A stretch of DNA of 64,000 nt, taken from Convolutriloba macropyga (lineage: Eukaryota). Positions within the stretch are counted from its first letter, which is position 1, and each line of letters starts with the position of its first letter. A model generated the notes under the pieces. It saw nothing but the letters and a program-made list of their open reading frames with translations. It was not told the DNA's origin and did no database searches. The translations under genes and the position numbers were made by a program. The stretch is from assembly GCF_964194025.1 (NCBI RefSeq), contig NC_134481.1:43338001-43402000 (forward strand). Direction: 5' to 3'. This document shows, piece by piece, positions 23,901 to 35,033 of the stretch.

Positions 23901-25439
23901 TATTGGTTTCCATCTTTCGGGTGTATTCTGTTCTAGTGCTGCCCCCACTGCTGAACGTGAAGCGTCACATTTGACTCTAACGTCTACTTTCAGGTTGTAG
24001 GGACTATTTTCTGTGCTGCTAGCAATTCTTTCTTTTATTAAATCAAAGTGTTTAGTATGTTCTTCTGTCCAAAAAAATTTTGTGGATTTTTTGTGAAGTG
24101 GTCTAAGTGGATGACATAACGGTGCTAGATGTGGTATGAAGAGTTGCTGCAGTTTTGCTGTCAAGTGGTGATATACCAGTTTGGGTAAATTTATACCCCA
24201 ACCCTTCAATTTCCGTTTTCGCAAAGTGACATTTTTGAAGATTAATTCTCAAGTTGTCTTCATCTTACTTTTTAAAACACTTTGTGACATATGCTAGATG
24301 ATCTGTTTCTTTCCCAGTACTAACAATTATGATGTTATCTAAGATATGATGATGTCCTATCAGTGTATAGTCCATCGCTTTTTGAAGTTCTGCCGGCATG
24401 TCACTGAGACCGTAAAATACTGTTTTAAATCTATAAGTGCCAGTTGATTGTCCAAAAATATTATTGAAGATACAGTGTTTTGCAGTACCATTGTGTAGTT
24501 TTAAATGACTATAAGCATATTTGAAATCTAATGTGGAAAAGTATGCTTGTTGACCGTTTTGAGTGTTTGTAAATTGTTGTGAGATTGTGTCTATTAGCAT
24601 GTCAATGTTAGGCATTTGGTATTTGTTTTTATGTATGGATTTATTTAATACTTTAGAGTCTAATGACAATTTGACAGATTGGCCTTTTTAACTGTTATCA
24701 CGATTGGAGATATGAAATGTTCGTCTGAGCAGCTAGATAATTTTTCGATATGGCCTTCATTCTGTAGACGTTCTAATTCTGCCGTAACCCCAGGTTGGAG
24801 ATTAATGGGAACGCGCCGAACGTTTTGATGCCTCGCTGTGAACTTTTGATGAAATTTTGATTTCGCTACATGTGGGTTTGAGAGGACAACTCTTGAGAAA
24901 AAATGAGGAAATTGTGCCGCGATTGTCTCTTTAATCTTACATGTAGAATTATTAATTTTATTAACACATTTACCAGTCTCTGGTTGTTGCTGTTGGACAA
25001 TTGCAAGACCAAGGCTATTGAAAAGATCTCTCCCGATGATGATTTTGTGACCGTCCTCCACAATTGTTAGGCGAGCATCTTTTCATGTCCAGTTATTGTA
25101 CGACACTGTGGCCTCGAGATGTCCAAAGACTTTGATTGGCTCGTTTCAGAAAGTTTTTAATTCCCTCCTCTCTTTTGTAGTGATCCATTTTGCAGATGGT
25201 GAAGTTCGAAGGATTTGTTTTGCTAGCGTCTTTGTGATGAGATTAAGTACACTTCCAGAGTCAATCATTGCCTTTGCTTGTACTTCACCAAATTTTAGTT
25301 TTGAGTTGATGGGTTCCAGTTGATGAGCTGAATCGTAGGAAATGGCCGCTACATAATTATTGGCCGCTCCATAATAATCATTGACTGAGTTTGTGGTTAG
25401 AGCCAAGTTTTGATTTATCTTTTGGTGATTTTTTTGCAC
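20931..25439 (-). pseudogene. pol: Gypsy pol (aspartic protease, RT, RNase H, H2C2 zinc finger, integrase), fragmented
   Basis: AMIDSGS (25146-25439); ISPIV, LDFKYAY, degenerate ILDNI for YxDD (24265-25061); CDAS..YSVNELE (23742-24224); HSTHPG..CKAC (22327-22794); GFPR..LD..GLVERL (21726-22379). Confidence 0.92.
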
Positions 25440-26151
25440 CCATTTCTATCTGAAATGCAATTTCGAGTGCTTTGGAAGTTTCAACAGTTTCCTTTAGTAG
25501 CTCTTTTTGAGTTTCGAGATTTATCATGTTAAGTATAAAAGCATCTCGAATAAGTGTAGTTTCTTCACTGCCTAAATTACAATTTTCTGCTTGTTCAATT
25601 AGACGACCGTAAAATTTTTGAACAGATTCGCCCTTCTTTTGTTTGCAAGAGTAGAAGACAAAGCGGTCGTACGTGATATTTCTAACTTTAGTGAAGAAAT
25701 CCTCCATTGCTTGCCATAAGTCTTTAAATGGCTGTTTTACTATTTGGAAATGGAGATGTTTACTTTTAAAAATACGTCGTCCCTCAGTGCCAATGATTAT
25801 GTACAGTAGTGGTATTGATTTTTGTTCACAAATCCCCCATGGTTTATCTCCACACAAGATACCAATTTCATCGATCTTTTTGCAGCAATTTCGCCAATTT
25901 ACCTTGAGCTGTTGATTGCGGATCTTTCGATCTCTTTCAGTTGCTTGCGTGTGGTTCTCCACTGGTTCCTCGTAAGTCAGCTCGGGTTGGTATGTTACCG
26001 TGGCTGGTGGGTCATTCAAAAGCTGAATTCCTTCTTTTTCTAGCAGTGCTAGCTTCCACTGTTGTGACCATTTATCCCACGTTAGCGGTGGAGTGGCAGT
26101 GGGCTTTTCCCAGAAGGCGTCGACGTGAAGAGGCGCCTTTTTGGATTCAGC
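25378..26151 (-). pseudogene. gag: Gypsy gag (disrupted)
   Basis: Frame AESKKAPLHVDAFWEKP..WDKWSQQWK continuing into ORF 25378-26019 with the CKQKKGESVQKFYGRL retrotransposon-gag motif. Confidence 0.8.
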
Positions 26152-26165
26152 TGCTGACTACCCCA
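26152..26165 (-). promoter_or_regulatory. Primer-binding site, tRNA-Ser type
   Basis: TGGGGTAGTCAGCA directly after the LTR; near-complementary to the animal tRNA-Ser 3' end (..CUGCCGACUACGCCA). Confidence 0.75.
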
Positions 26166-26647
26166 TGTTATACTCAATTAATATTGTTTTAGTCAATTGA
26201 GTCGCGAATGCTTATCAAACCACTGAGCTAGGGCAATTGCGTCGCGGTTGCCAACAATCTTTTTGCTAATTGACTTCTCAACTCCAAATTGGTTATTCGC
26301 GGTGCCAATGGCTCAATCTCAATTGAAAGGCGTATTTGAGAAGCGATTTTTTGAAGTTGAATTGAAACTGAATTACAGCGATGCAAATTGGGGAATGACA
26401 GTTTTTAGTTACAGTTTAAAAGAAATAACAATTTGTTCACGACCTGATCATAGAACATGAAGAACTCAGCAATTTGTTTACATTGTGAACGGACAGTTTC
26501 CTGTCTAAAGTATGAACAGACATGAAATTGCAATAAAGTATAATGAACTAAACTAAACTAGCTAACGGAAGCACCTGCCCTTCAAATGGTAATTGAGAAC
26601 TAAATACGGTGATGGATATATGAGGATAATATCCATACCGTATGACA
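26166..26647 (-). repeat. 5' LTR (482 bp, TG...CA)
   Basis: tgtta...tgaca ends; direct repeat of 20233-20670; adjoins the PBS. Confidence 0.92.
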
Positions 26648-27296
26648 GGTGTGTACTCATCATTCAAATTATTCATGATTACAAAAATTATTATCAGAGA
26701 ATCAAAAATGATGATCAATTATTTAATAACCTAAAACACCTGATAAGACTTGCTTTTAATCTTTATTATAACACAGGCTGTACGTTCTTATCAAGAATTG
26801 TGCCAGGAAAATTATTGTCTATAACAATTGGTTGGAATCCCTGGTCTTAAATTATAAAACCGGGGTCAAATTTGAAACTATTTGCAATTTTTGCCCAATA
26901 ACTAATTTGTAAATATTTGCAAATATTCGCTTCACACGTCCAAATCTGCAAAAATTTGCAAACAATCGGCCGAGTTCGTTCCGGTCGAGTTTTGCCTGAA
27001 ATAGAAACGTTGATCATTTTCTTAACTATGACTCGGATATTTCTGAAGTCAAGTTAAAAACATGTAAAATACACATTAAAAGAGATATGTGTAAAATTGT
27101 TCAGCCTGGAAGATCAACTTTTAATGTTACGGAAGCAAAAAAAAATTAAAATAATCTGCACAAATATTTGCAATAATATTGCATTAATTTACGTTAATTT
27201 ACACGTTTGTAAATTAGTTTCTAAAAATTGCAAATTTGGCATTAATTTTAAACTAGAGATACTTTCAGAAGAGATCTGCGCAGCATTCCCAAATTA

Positions 27297-27620
27297 GTGA
27301 TTGAGTCTGCAAGTGATGATGACGATGAGTTCTCAAATGAGTCCAATTTACCCCCCGCTGGACCATCAAATGTTTCCACATTCCTCAACTCCGAAGCCAA
27401 CTACTACAGTCTTATAGAAGGCGAAATCGAAGAAGAACCTGAAGATTTTTCAGACGAGGATGATGAGGACGAAGTCGTTACAGGTGAACAAATGCTTGAT
27501 GACAAAATGGGTAGTGATAGTAACAGTTGCCCTGAATATAATGAAGAGGTAGAGTTTTCCAGGGACGGGCTGGCTGATTCCCATATCTACTCATTTCCGA
27601 TTAAAACCTGTGTTAATTAG
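27297..27620 (+). other. Acidic low-complexity ORF fragment (107 aa), possibly a DNA-transposase N-terminus
   Basis: D/E-rich open frame of higher GC than its flanks; no catalytic motif seen. Confidence 0.3.
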
Positions 27621-27829
27621 ATGAAAGCTGCCGTAATTGTAGATTTTTTTACTAGACTTTATAAATTTAAACTTGCTTTATTTAAAACTGATTTCATTTG
27701 TTCACGATAATCCAGTGAAAAAATAGTAGAATTTACTTTGCTCTTTTTGATCTGGAAGACAACTAGAGGCGATTTGAAATCAACTGGATGACAGCTGAGA
27801 AGACCTTAAAAAAAAGTAAATTTACTGTC

Positions 27830-30800
27830 AACATACCAGTAAACTCGCAAATAATTACAACTTAGCACAAACACCGATTCACTGATAGATTAGTATCGGA
27901 AGCCCAAGATAGTGTCAAATATGAAAATAAATGTGATCATCACTATACAACGTTCATAACATTTTCGGGTAGTTTTTATGGAATTGTTCCACTTTAAGGT
28001 GTCAGGTATGGCTGATGAGAGTTTTTCACCTTTAAGAGTAAGCAAACCAGAAAAAACTATATTCTCGTCTTATTAGCCCCAGGAGTTCTGGCACTTTTTT
28101 ATTCCTACATTTTTCTCAAATGGGTGAATATAAATGCGAGTTCGGATTTTTTTCTTCAGTCAATTTTACTTTCTGTTTACACATCGTAGCGGAAAAACAG
28201 AATTTTCGTAGCGCTAATTTTAATTTTTATATAAAAAGCAACAATTTTATCGCATGACGAGAAAGGGGAGCTTGTAAAAAATTAGGAAATCAGGAATAGG
28301 AAAAAAATGAAAAAAAAATTGTTGGTGGTATTAAAAAATTGTTTATCAAAAATTTACTTTTTATGAAATTGTTTATTTGTTAAACTACATAATCGGCTGT
28401 ATTATGTTTAGATGGCGTTTTAACATTTTCTGGAAAAGTAATTTGAGTTTTAGATTTTTTGGGGGTTTTTTCAGATATATTGCAAATTTTTAGGCTATTT
28501 TTGCAATTTTGTGGCCAATTCTTTGTTTTATTGCACTCATTGGTATTTGAAACGACAAGTTATGCTAAAACTTTTTTTTAGTTACCAGAGGATTGCAGTT
28601 TCTGTAATGTAACACATTTTTAGTGGAATAAGAATGACGTAAAAATGAAAAAAAATGTAGCTAATAATTTTTTCGTCGAAGACAGAAAATTTTCAGCCTG
28701 GAGTGGCCCGCCTAACGCTGTGTGAGCAAATAGGTGACTTCAATTGTATATAAAAAATTTTTGTTGCGAGGCGTACTTGTATTCTAAAAGGAAATAATTG
28801 ATTCTTTTATAACTTTTAACTTTGGTTTTTTGTTTGATTTTTCACTTTAACTGTTTCTACTGAAAGTCGATTCAATCATCAAAATACGCCTTGTAGTGAA
28901 CACTGGCAAGGTGAAAGTAGAAAAATTGAAAATTATGGGATCAACTGATAAAGTTCGACCCAAGGGCCACAGTGCATTAGATTATCATATTTAATTGCAG
29001 CAATTGCCAGCTGTCGTTAGTTTCAAAAATTAATTAGCGTTTACATTAGAATTTGAATTAAATGTACTTTTACAATCTAATTCAAACTGCACAACCAAAA
29101 AGAAACTCTTTGAAACTCAGAAAAACCTCTGTCAATTTTTCTTATTTCATTTTCTGTTGAAAACAGCTGTCATTCAATGCACAAACTAAACATTCCAAGG
29201 TATGTGCCCATTGCTGGAAAGCATCATTTAAATTATTCATGATTTCTAATTAATTTACGTCATTTTTAATCTTTGACGAAAAAATTATTAGCTACAATTT
29301 TTTTCATTTTTACGTCATTCTTATTCCACTAAAAATTAATTAACTTCCACTAAAAACTATTCCACTAAAAATTAATTAGCTTTTACATTGGAAGTTGAAT
29401 TAAAGGTATTTTTACAATCTAATTCAATCTGCACACCCAAAAAGAACACTCTTTGAAACTCAGAAAAATCTGTCAATTTCTCTAATTTCATTTTCTGTTG
29501 AAAACAGCTGTCACTCAATGCACAAACTAAACATTCCAAGGTATGTGCCCATTGCTGGAAAGCATCATTTAAATTATTCATGATTTCTAAAATAATTATC
29601 ATATAATCAAAGATGGTGATCAACTATTTTATTACCTAAAACTTATGATAAGGCTTGCTTTTAGTCTTTATGAAATCACAATCTGTATGCACAAGCTGTA
29701 TACTAAAGAAAATGGTTTTTGTGGTTTAATTATTGAATTGACGACGATATAAAAGATTTCTCCAATACAAACTTTTGAAAATGTCATTCATAACCCATCG
29801 TGTGTTTCTTTTATATATAGCTTAGGTAAAGGGCACTCTTTAAAAGTAGAAGAGATAAACAACAAGATGGATTGGGCAAAAAATTGCAAAAATGCAAAAA
29901 TTGTTTGATGGAAATAGCTACATCTTCATTCCAAGCATTTCTACACAACTTGATAAGAGATGTGCTGGGTGTTGCCCTCCTACAAATCTTTCCATTTTGT
30001 GGTAACCAATTTGACAAATTAAATGATAAATCCAGTCATAGTCAGTGTGATTTACATATCGTTGATTTTTTTTGATTTTTAGAACCATAATTAACCGAAT
30101 GTTTCGTCATGTTTTAGTCAATTAAACCTAAAAATTATAATTATTATTAAAAGAAAAAATTGCTATTCATAACAAGCAGTGTTTCGAGTTTCCGAAATAC
30201 AGTCTAAATTTTATTACTGTTTAAGCAGAAAACAGATCAATGGAAACTAGATTCTGGTATACTCGATAGATAAAACTTTTTAACCCTGCATTCTATTAAC
30301 CCCGTAATAGCAATCTGTTACTCCAAACTTTGTTTGAAAAAATTTCTATTAAAATTGCTATTTTGAAAACGAAATTCATCGTTTATCATTTAAATTAATC
30401 GGTCGTGTTTTTGTGAAAAATGTATATTAAACTGGATTTAATTTTACTAAATTAAAAAAAAATAGTTCACTTATTACAAATCTTTTTTGATTGAAATTGC
30501 GCATAACTTATGTTGTTGGCTATTATGGTATTATGCTATCGTGAAAGGGACTCAACTTGATTAAAACATCTTTTTGAAATTACATTCAGAAACCAAAGAT
30601 TGGCGCCGCTGGCACTGATAAATAACCAGTAACATACCAGTAAACTCGCAAATAATTACAACTTAGCACAAACACCGATTCACTGATAGATTAGTATCGG
30701 AAGCCCAAGATAGTGTCCAATATGAAAATAAATGTGATTATCACTATACAACGTTCATGACATTTTCGGGTAGTTTATATGGAATTGTTCCACTTTAACG

Positions 30801-32928
30801 TGTCAGGTATGGCTGATGAGAGTTTTGCACCTTTAAGAGTAAGCAAACCAGTAATAACTATATTCTCGTCTTATTAGCCCCAGGAGTTATGGCACTTTTT
30901 TATTCCTACATTTTTCTCAAATGGGTGAATATAAATGCGAGTTCGGGTTTTTTTCTTCAGTCAATATTACTTTCTGTTTACACATCGTAGCGGAAAAACA
31001 GAATTTTCGTAGCGCTAATTTTAATTTTTATATACAAAGCAACAATTTTATTGCTTGACTTTTGTTGCGAGGCGTACTTGTATTCTAAAAGGAAATAATT
31101 GATTCTTTTATAACTTTCAACTTTGGTTTTTTGTTTGATTTTTCACTTTAACTGTTTCTACTGAAAGTCGATTCAATCATCAAAATACGCCTTGTAGTGA
31201 ACACTGGCAAGGTGAAAGTAGAAAAATTGAAAATTATGGGATCAACTGATAAAGTTCGACCAAAGGGCCACAGTGCATTAGATTATCATATTTAATTGAA
31301 GCAATTGCCAGCTGTCGTTAGTTTCAAAAATTAATTAGCGTTTACATTAGAAGTTGAATTAAATGTACTTTTACAATCTAATTCAAACTGCACAACCAAA
31401 AACAAACTCTTTGAAACTCAGAAAAACCTCTGTCAATTTTTCTAATTTCATTTTCTGTTGAAAACAGCTGTCATTCAATGCACAAACTAAACATTCCAAG
31501 GTATGTGCCCATTGCTGGAAAGCATCATTTAAATTATTCATGATTTCTAATTAATTTACGTCATTTTTAATCTTTGACGAAAAAATTATTAGCTACAATT
31601 TTTTTCATTTTTACGTCATTCTTATTCCACTAAAAATTAATTAACTTCCAGTAAAAACTATTCCACTAAAAATTAATTAGCTTTTACATTGGAAGTTGAA
31701 TTAAAGGTATTTTTACAATCTAATTCAATCTGCACACCCAAAAAAAAACACTCTTTGAAACTCAGAAAAATCTGTCAATTTCTCTAATTTCATTTTCTGT
31801 TGAAAACAGCTGTCATTCAATGCACAAACTAAACATTCCAAGGTATGTGCCCATTGCTGGAAAGCATCATTTAAATTATTCATGATTTCTAAAGTAATTA
31901 TCATATAATCAAAGATGGTGATCAACTATTTTATTACCTAAAACTTTTGATAAGACTTGCTTTTAGTCTTTATGAAATCACAAGCTGCATGCACAAGCTG
32001 CATGCTAAAGAAAATGGTTTTTGTGGATTAATTATTGAATTGACGACGATATAAAAGATTTCTCCAATACAAACTTTTGAAAATGTCATTCATAACCCAT
32101 CGTGTGTTTCTTCTATATATAGCTTAGGTAAAGGGCACTCTTTAAAGTAGAAGAGATAAACAACAAGATGGATTGGGGCAAAAAGTGCAAAAATGCAAAA
32201 ATTGTTTGATGGAAATAGCTACATCTTCATTCCAAGCATTTTTACACAACATGATAAGAGATGTGCTGGGTGTTGCCCTCCTACAAATCTTTCCATTTTG
32301 TGGTAACCAATTTGACAAATTAAATGATAAATCCAGTCATAGTCAGTGTGTTTTACATATCGTTGATTTTTTTTTGTTTTTAGAACCATAATTAACCGGA
32401 TGTTTCGTCATGTTTTAGTCAATTAAACCTAAAAATTATAATTATTATTAAAAGAAAAAAATGCTATTCATAACAAGCAGTGTTTAGAGTTTCCGAAATA
32501 CAGTCTAAATTTTATTACTGTTTAAGCAGAAAACAGATCAAGGGAAACTAGATTCTGGTATACTCGATAGATAAAACTTTTTAACCCTGCATTCTATTAA
32601 CCCCGTAATAGCAATCTGGTACTCCAAACTTTGTTTGAAAAAATTTCTATTAAAATTGCTATTTTGAAAACGAAATTCATCGTTTATCATTTAAATTAAT
32701 CGGTCGTGTTTTTGTGAAAAATGTAAATTAAACTGGATTTAATTTTACTAAATTAAAAAAAAATAGTTCACTTATTACAAACCTTTTTTGATTGAAATTG
32801 CGCATAACTTATGTTGTTGGCTATTATGGTATTATGCTATCGTGAAAGGGACTCAACTTGATTAAAACATCTTTTTGAAATTACATTCAGAAACGAAAGA
32901 TTGGCGCCGCTGGCACTGATAAATAACC
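27830..32928 (+). repeat. Recent tandem duplication: unit 1 ~27830-30628, unit 2 ~30630-32928
   Basis: Both start aacataccagtaaactcgcaaataattac and end ggcactgataaataacc; nearly identical; unit 1 has ~500 extra bp (~28258-28757). Confidence 0.95.
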
Positions 32929-33062
32929 GGGCTGAGTGCCAAAAGTGCTTCATTACTGAGCCTCAGTATTTCAATATTAACATGTAAACCAGTACTGAAA
33001 CAGCTCATTTACATCAAAAAAGTTGGTCATTATGTTCAGAAAAAAAGAACAACTATTCAGAG

Positions 33063-33200
33063 TGTGAAAATGCCTGTAAAGTGGTATGATGTAAATATGC
33101 TTGTGGTGTGATGTAGCTTGGTGTTAATATGCCTGTGAGGTGATGTAGCATGGTGTGGGTATTCCTGTGGTTTGATGTAGTATAGGGTGAATATGCTTCA
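33063..33200. repeat. ~32-bp minisatellite (~4 units)
   Basis: Recurrent aatatgc(c/t)tgtg..gtgatgtagc.tggtg. Confidence 0.65.
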
Positions 33201-34765
33201 GGTTGACAAGAATTAAACAATAATGTTAATTAGGCTGATAATTGAATTGCATGATAATAGTTATGAACAGATCAAAATCAGAATGCAATCAGAAGTACAG
33301 TTTTACTCTGAAAAAAAAAGACTGATCAGTCTGTACAAGTGTAAAGTCTGAATCGGACAAGACTGATTTTGATATGAACAGAATCTGTACAAGTGCAGAA
33401 TTGTCTATATACAGTCTCTGTAATTACAGTGATTCAGTACTGCAAAACTCTGGGTGTTCAGTATTAATTCTGGCTATCAATTGCATTAAGCTTTTAATTG
33501 TCATTGATTGTATTTAGTTAGTTTTATCGTTGATTTTTCTTTTAATGCGGTTCTTTTTTTGTCAGAGTGATCATCGCAATTTCAGCGGAAAATTCATTAG
33601 GTAGAGAAAAAATGCAGAGGAAAAAGTCATCATCTTCAGAAGAATTTCACAATTTTACTACAAATTTTTCTATGAATTGTCTAAAAATTGCCATGATCAG
33701 AATTCTGGTCATAGTAATAATCGTACTGGAAATTCTATGATTCAATACTTAAATATTGTGACACACAGATCTGGGAGCCACCCTTCATTTTTTTCAGTGC
33801 TCTAAACGGTTTTGGAAAGAAACCTGTAAATTGACTGAACCATAATACGTCAGTTGAATGCAGGCTATACTGGTGAAATAAAGTTTCTTAAATTTGTCAA
33901 CAGCAATTGTCTTTCGCAAACTCTGATTTCTCAATAAAATACGGATAAATTTTAGTGATTACGTGAAATTAATTAAACATAAATATTTGAATTTAATTTA
34001 AATTAGATTCAACGATTATGGTTATTCAAACAGATAGAAAATGTGTTAAAAATTGGAGCAACGAGAGCCGTGACGTGAGTATAACTTGAACACTGCAGAA
34101 ATTTTGAGACCTCAGGCTGTTATACAGCGAAGGATTTCTAGTAAAGACTGCACTCCAGGCTAAAAAAAGATTGATAAAATTTTAAATACCCACAAACCCA
34201 AGTTCCATTGTTTGAAAAACCCCTCGTCCAGAGTTAGACCGTTGGAAAAAAGTGAGACTAACTGATAGCCGATACATTTTCATAGTTTTAGATGGCATCG
34301 GGTCTTTATAAACTACCATAGAATGAAATCTTAATTGAAAATTAACTCGTTATTATAACTATGGTAGTTATTATAACTATGGTTTATAACTATTATGACC
34401 ACCCGCATCCACCCCCCCCCCCCCCCCGCATCTGAGGGGCTATGGATCTGGCATCATATTTTTTTCCAAATTCATTTTAAAAATCGTGCCGATTTATTTA
34501 GATCAAATATTGAAACATAAAGATTGTTTTCTCATGACCTACCTTAATTTCTATGGCCAAACCTAAATGACCTCGAAAAACACTTGCTTGTAGAATTTTG
34601 TAGAATCACCAATGAAAGGCTATTTGATATCAGCTACTAACGATATAAAGTTGACCTCATTAATACTAATAATTGAAAAAAATGAGTTTAATTTATTTTG
34701 TTTAATATGGTCGGCTGTTATAAGTAGACAAATTTTACAAAATTAACATTTTGTAAAAATTGACA

Positions 34766-35033
34766 ATGCAAATTTGTTCTATCACGATTTTTTATATCTT
34801 AATTCTGATTGGATGTCTCATTGAACGAAACTCGGCACGGACCAATCAAAACAGCTCAATTGATCGTCGAATTGTAAGAGGAAGAGACAGCGAACAGGAT
34901 TGGCCTTTCTATGTTGCACTTATTTTGGATCATGTGAAAAATAAACTCCACTGCGGGGCTACTATGATCCACAAACAATACATTTTAACAGCTGCTCACT
35001 GTTTACACCCATTCGACAACAGACCAAGACACG
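34766..35033 (+). CDS. Protease 2 exon 1
   Basis: ORF 34760-35077; donor CACG|GTAATT. Confidence 0.92.

Larger units (their letters stand above)
20233..26647 (-). mobile_element. Decayed Ty3/Gypsy LTR retrotransposon
   Basis: Two LTRs, PBS, PPT; domain order gag-PR-RT-RNaseH-integrase on the - strand; many frameshifts and stops. Confidence 0.95.

Noticed and set aside
28010-28050. CTGATGA as a possible hammerhead ribozyme core in the tandem unit (also ~30813)
   Set aside because: No correctly placed GAAA or closing stems
29372-30075. Short ORFs repeated at 31725-32391
   Set aside because: Repeated only because of the tandem duplication; no recognisable motifs, and frames differ between copies
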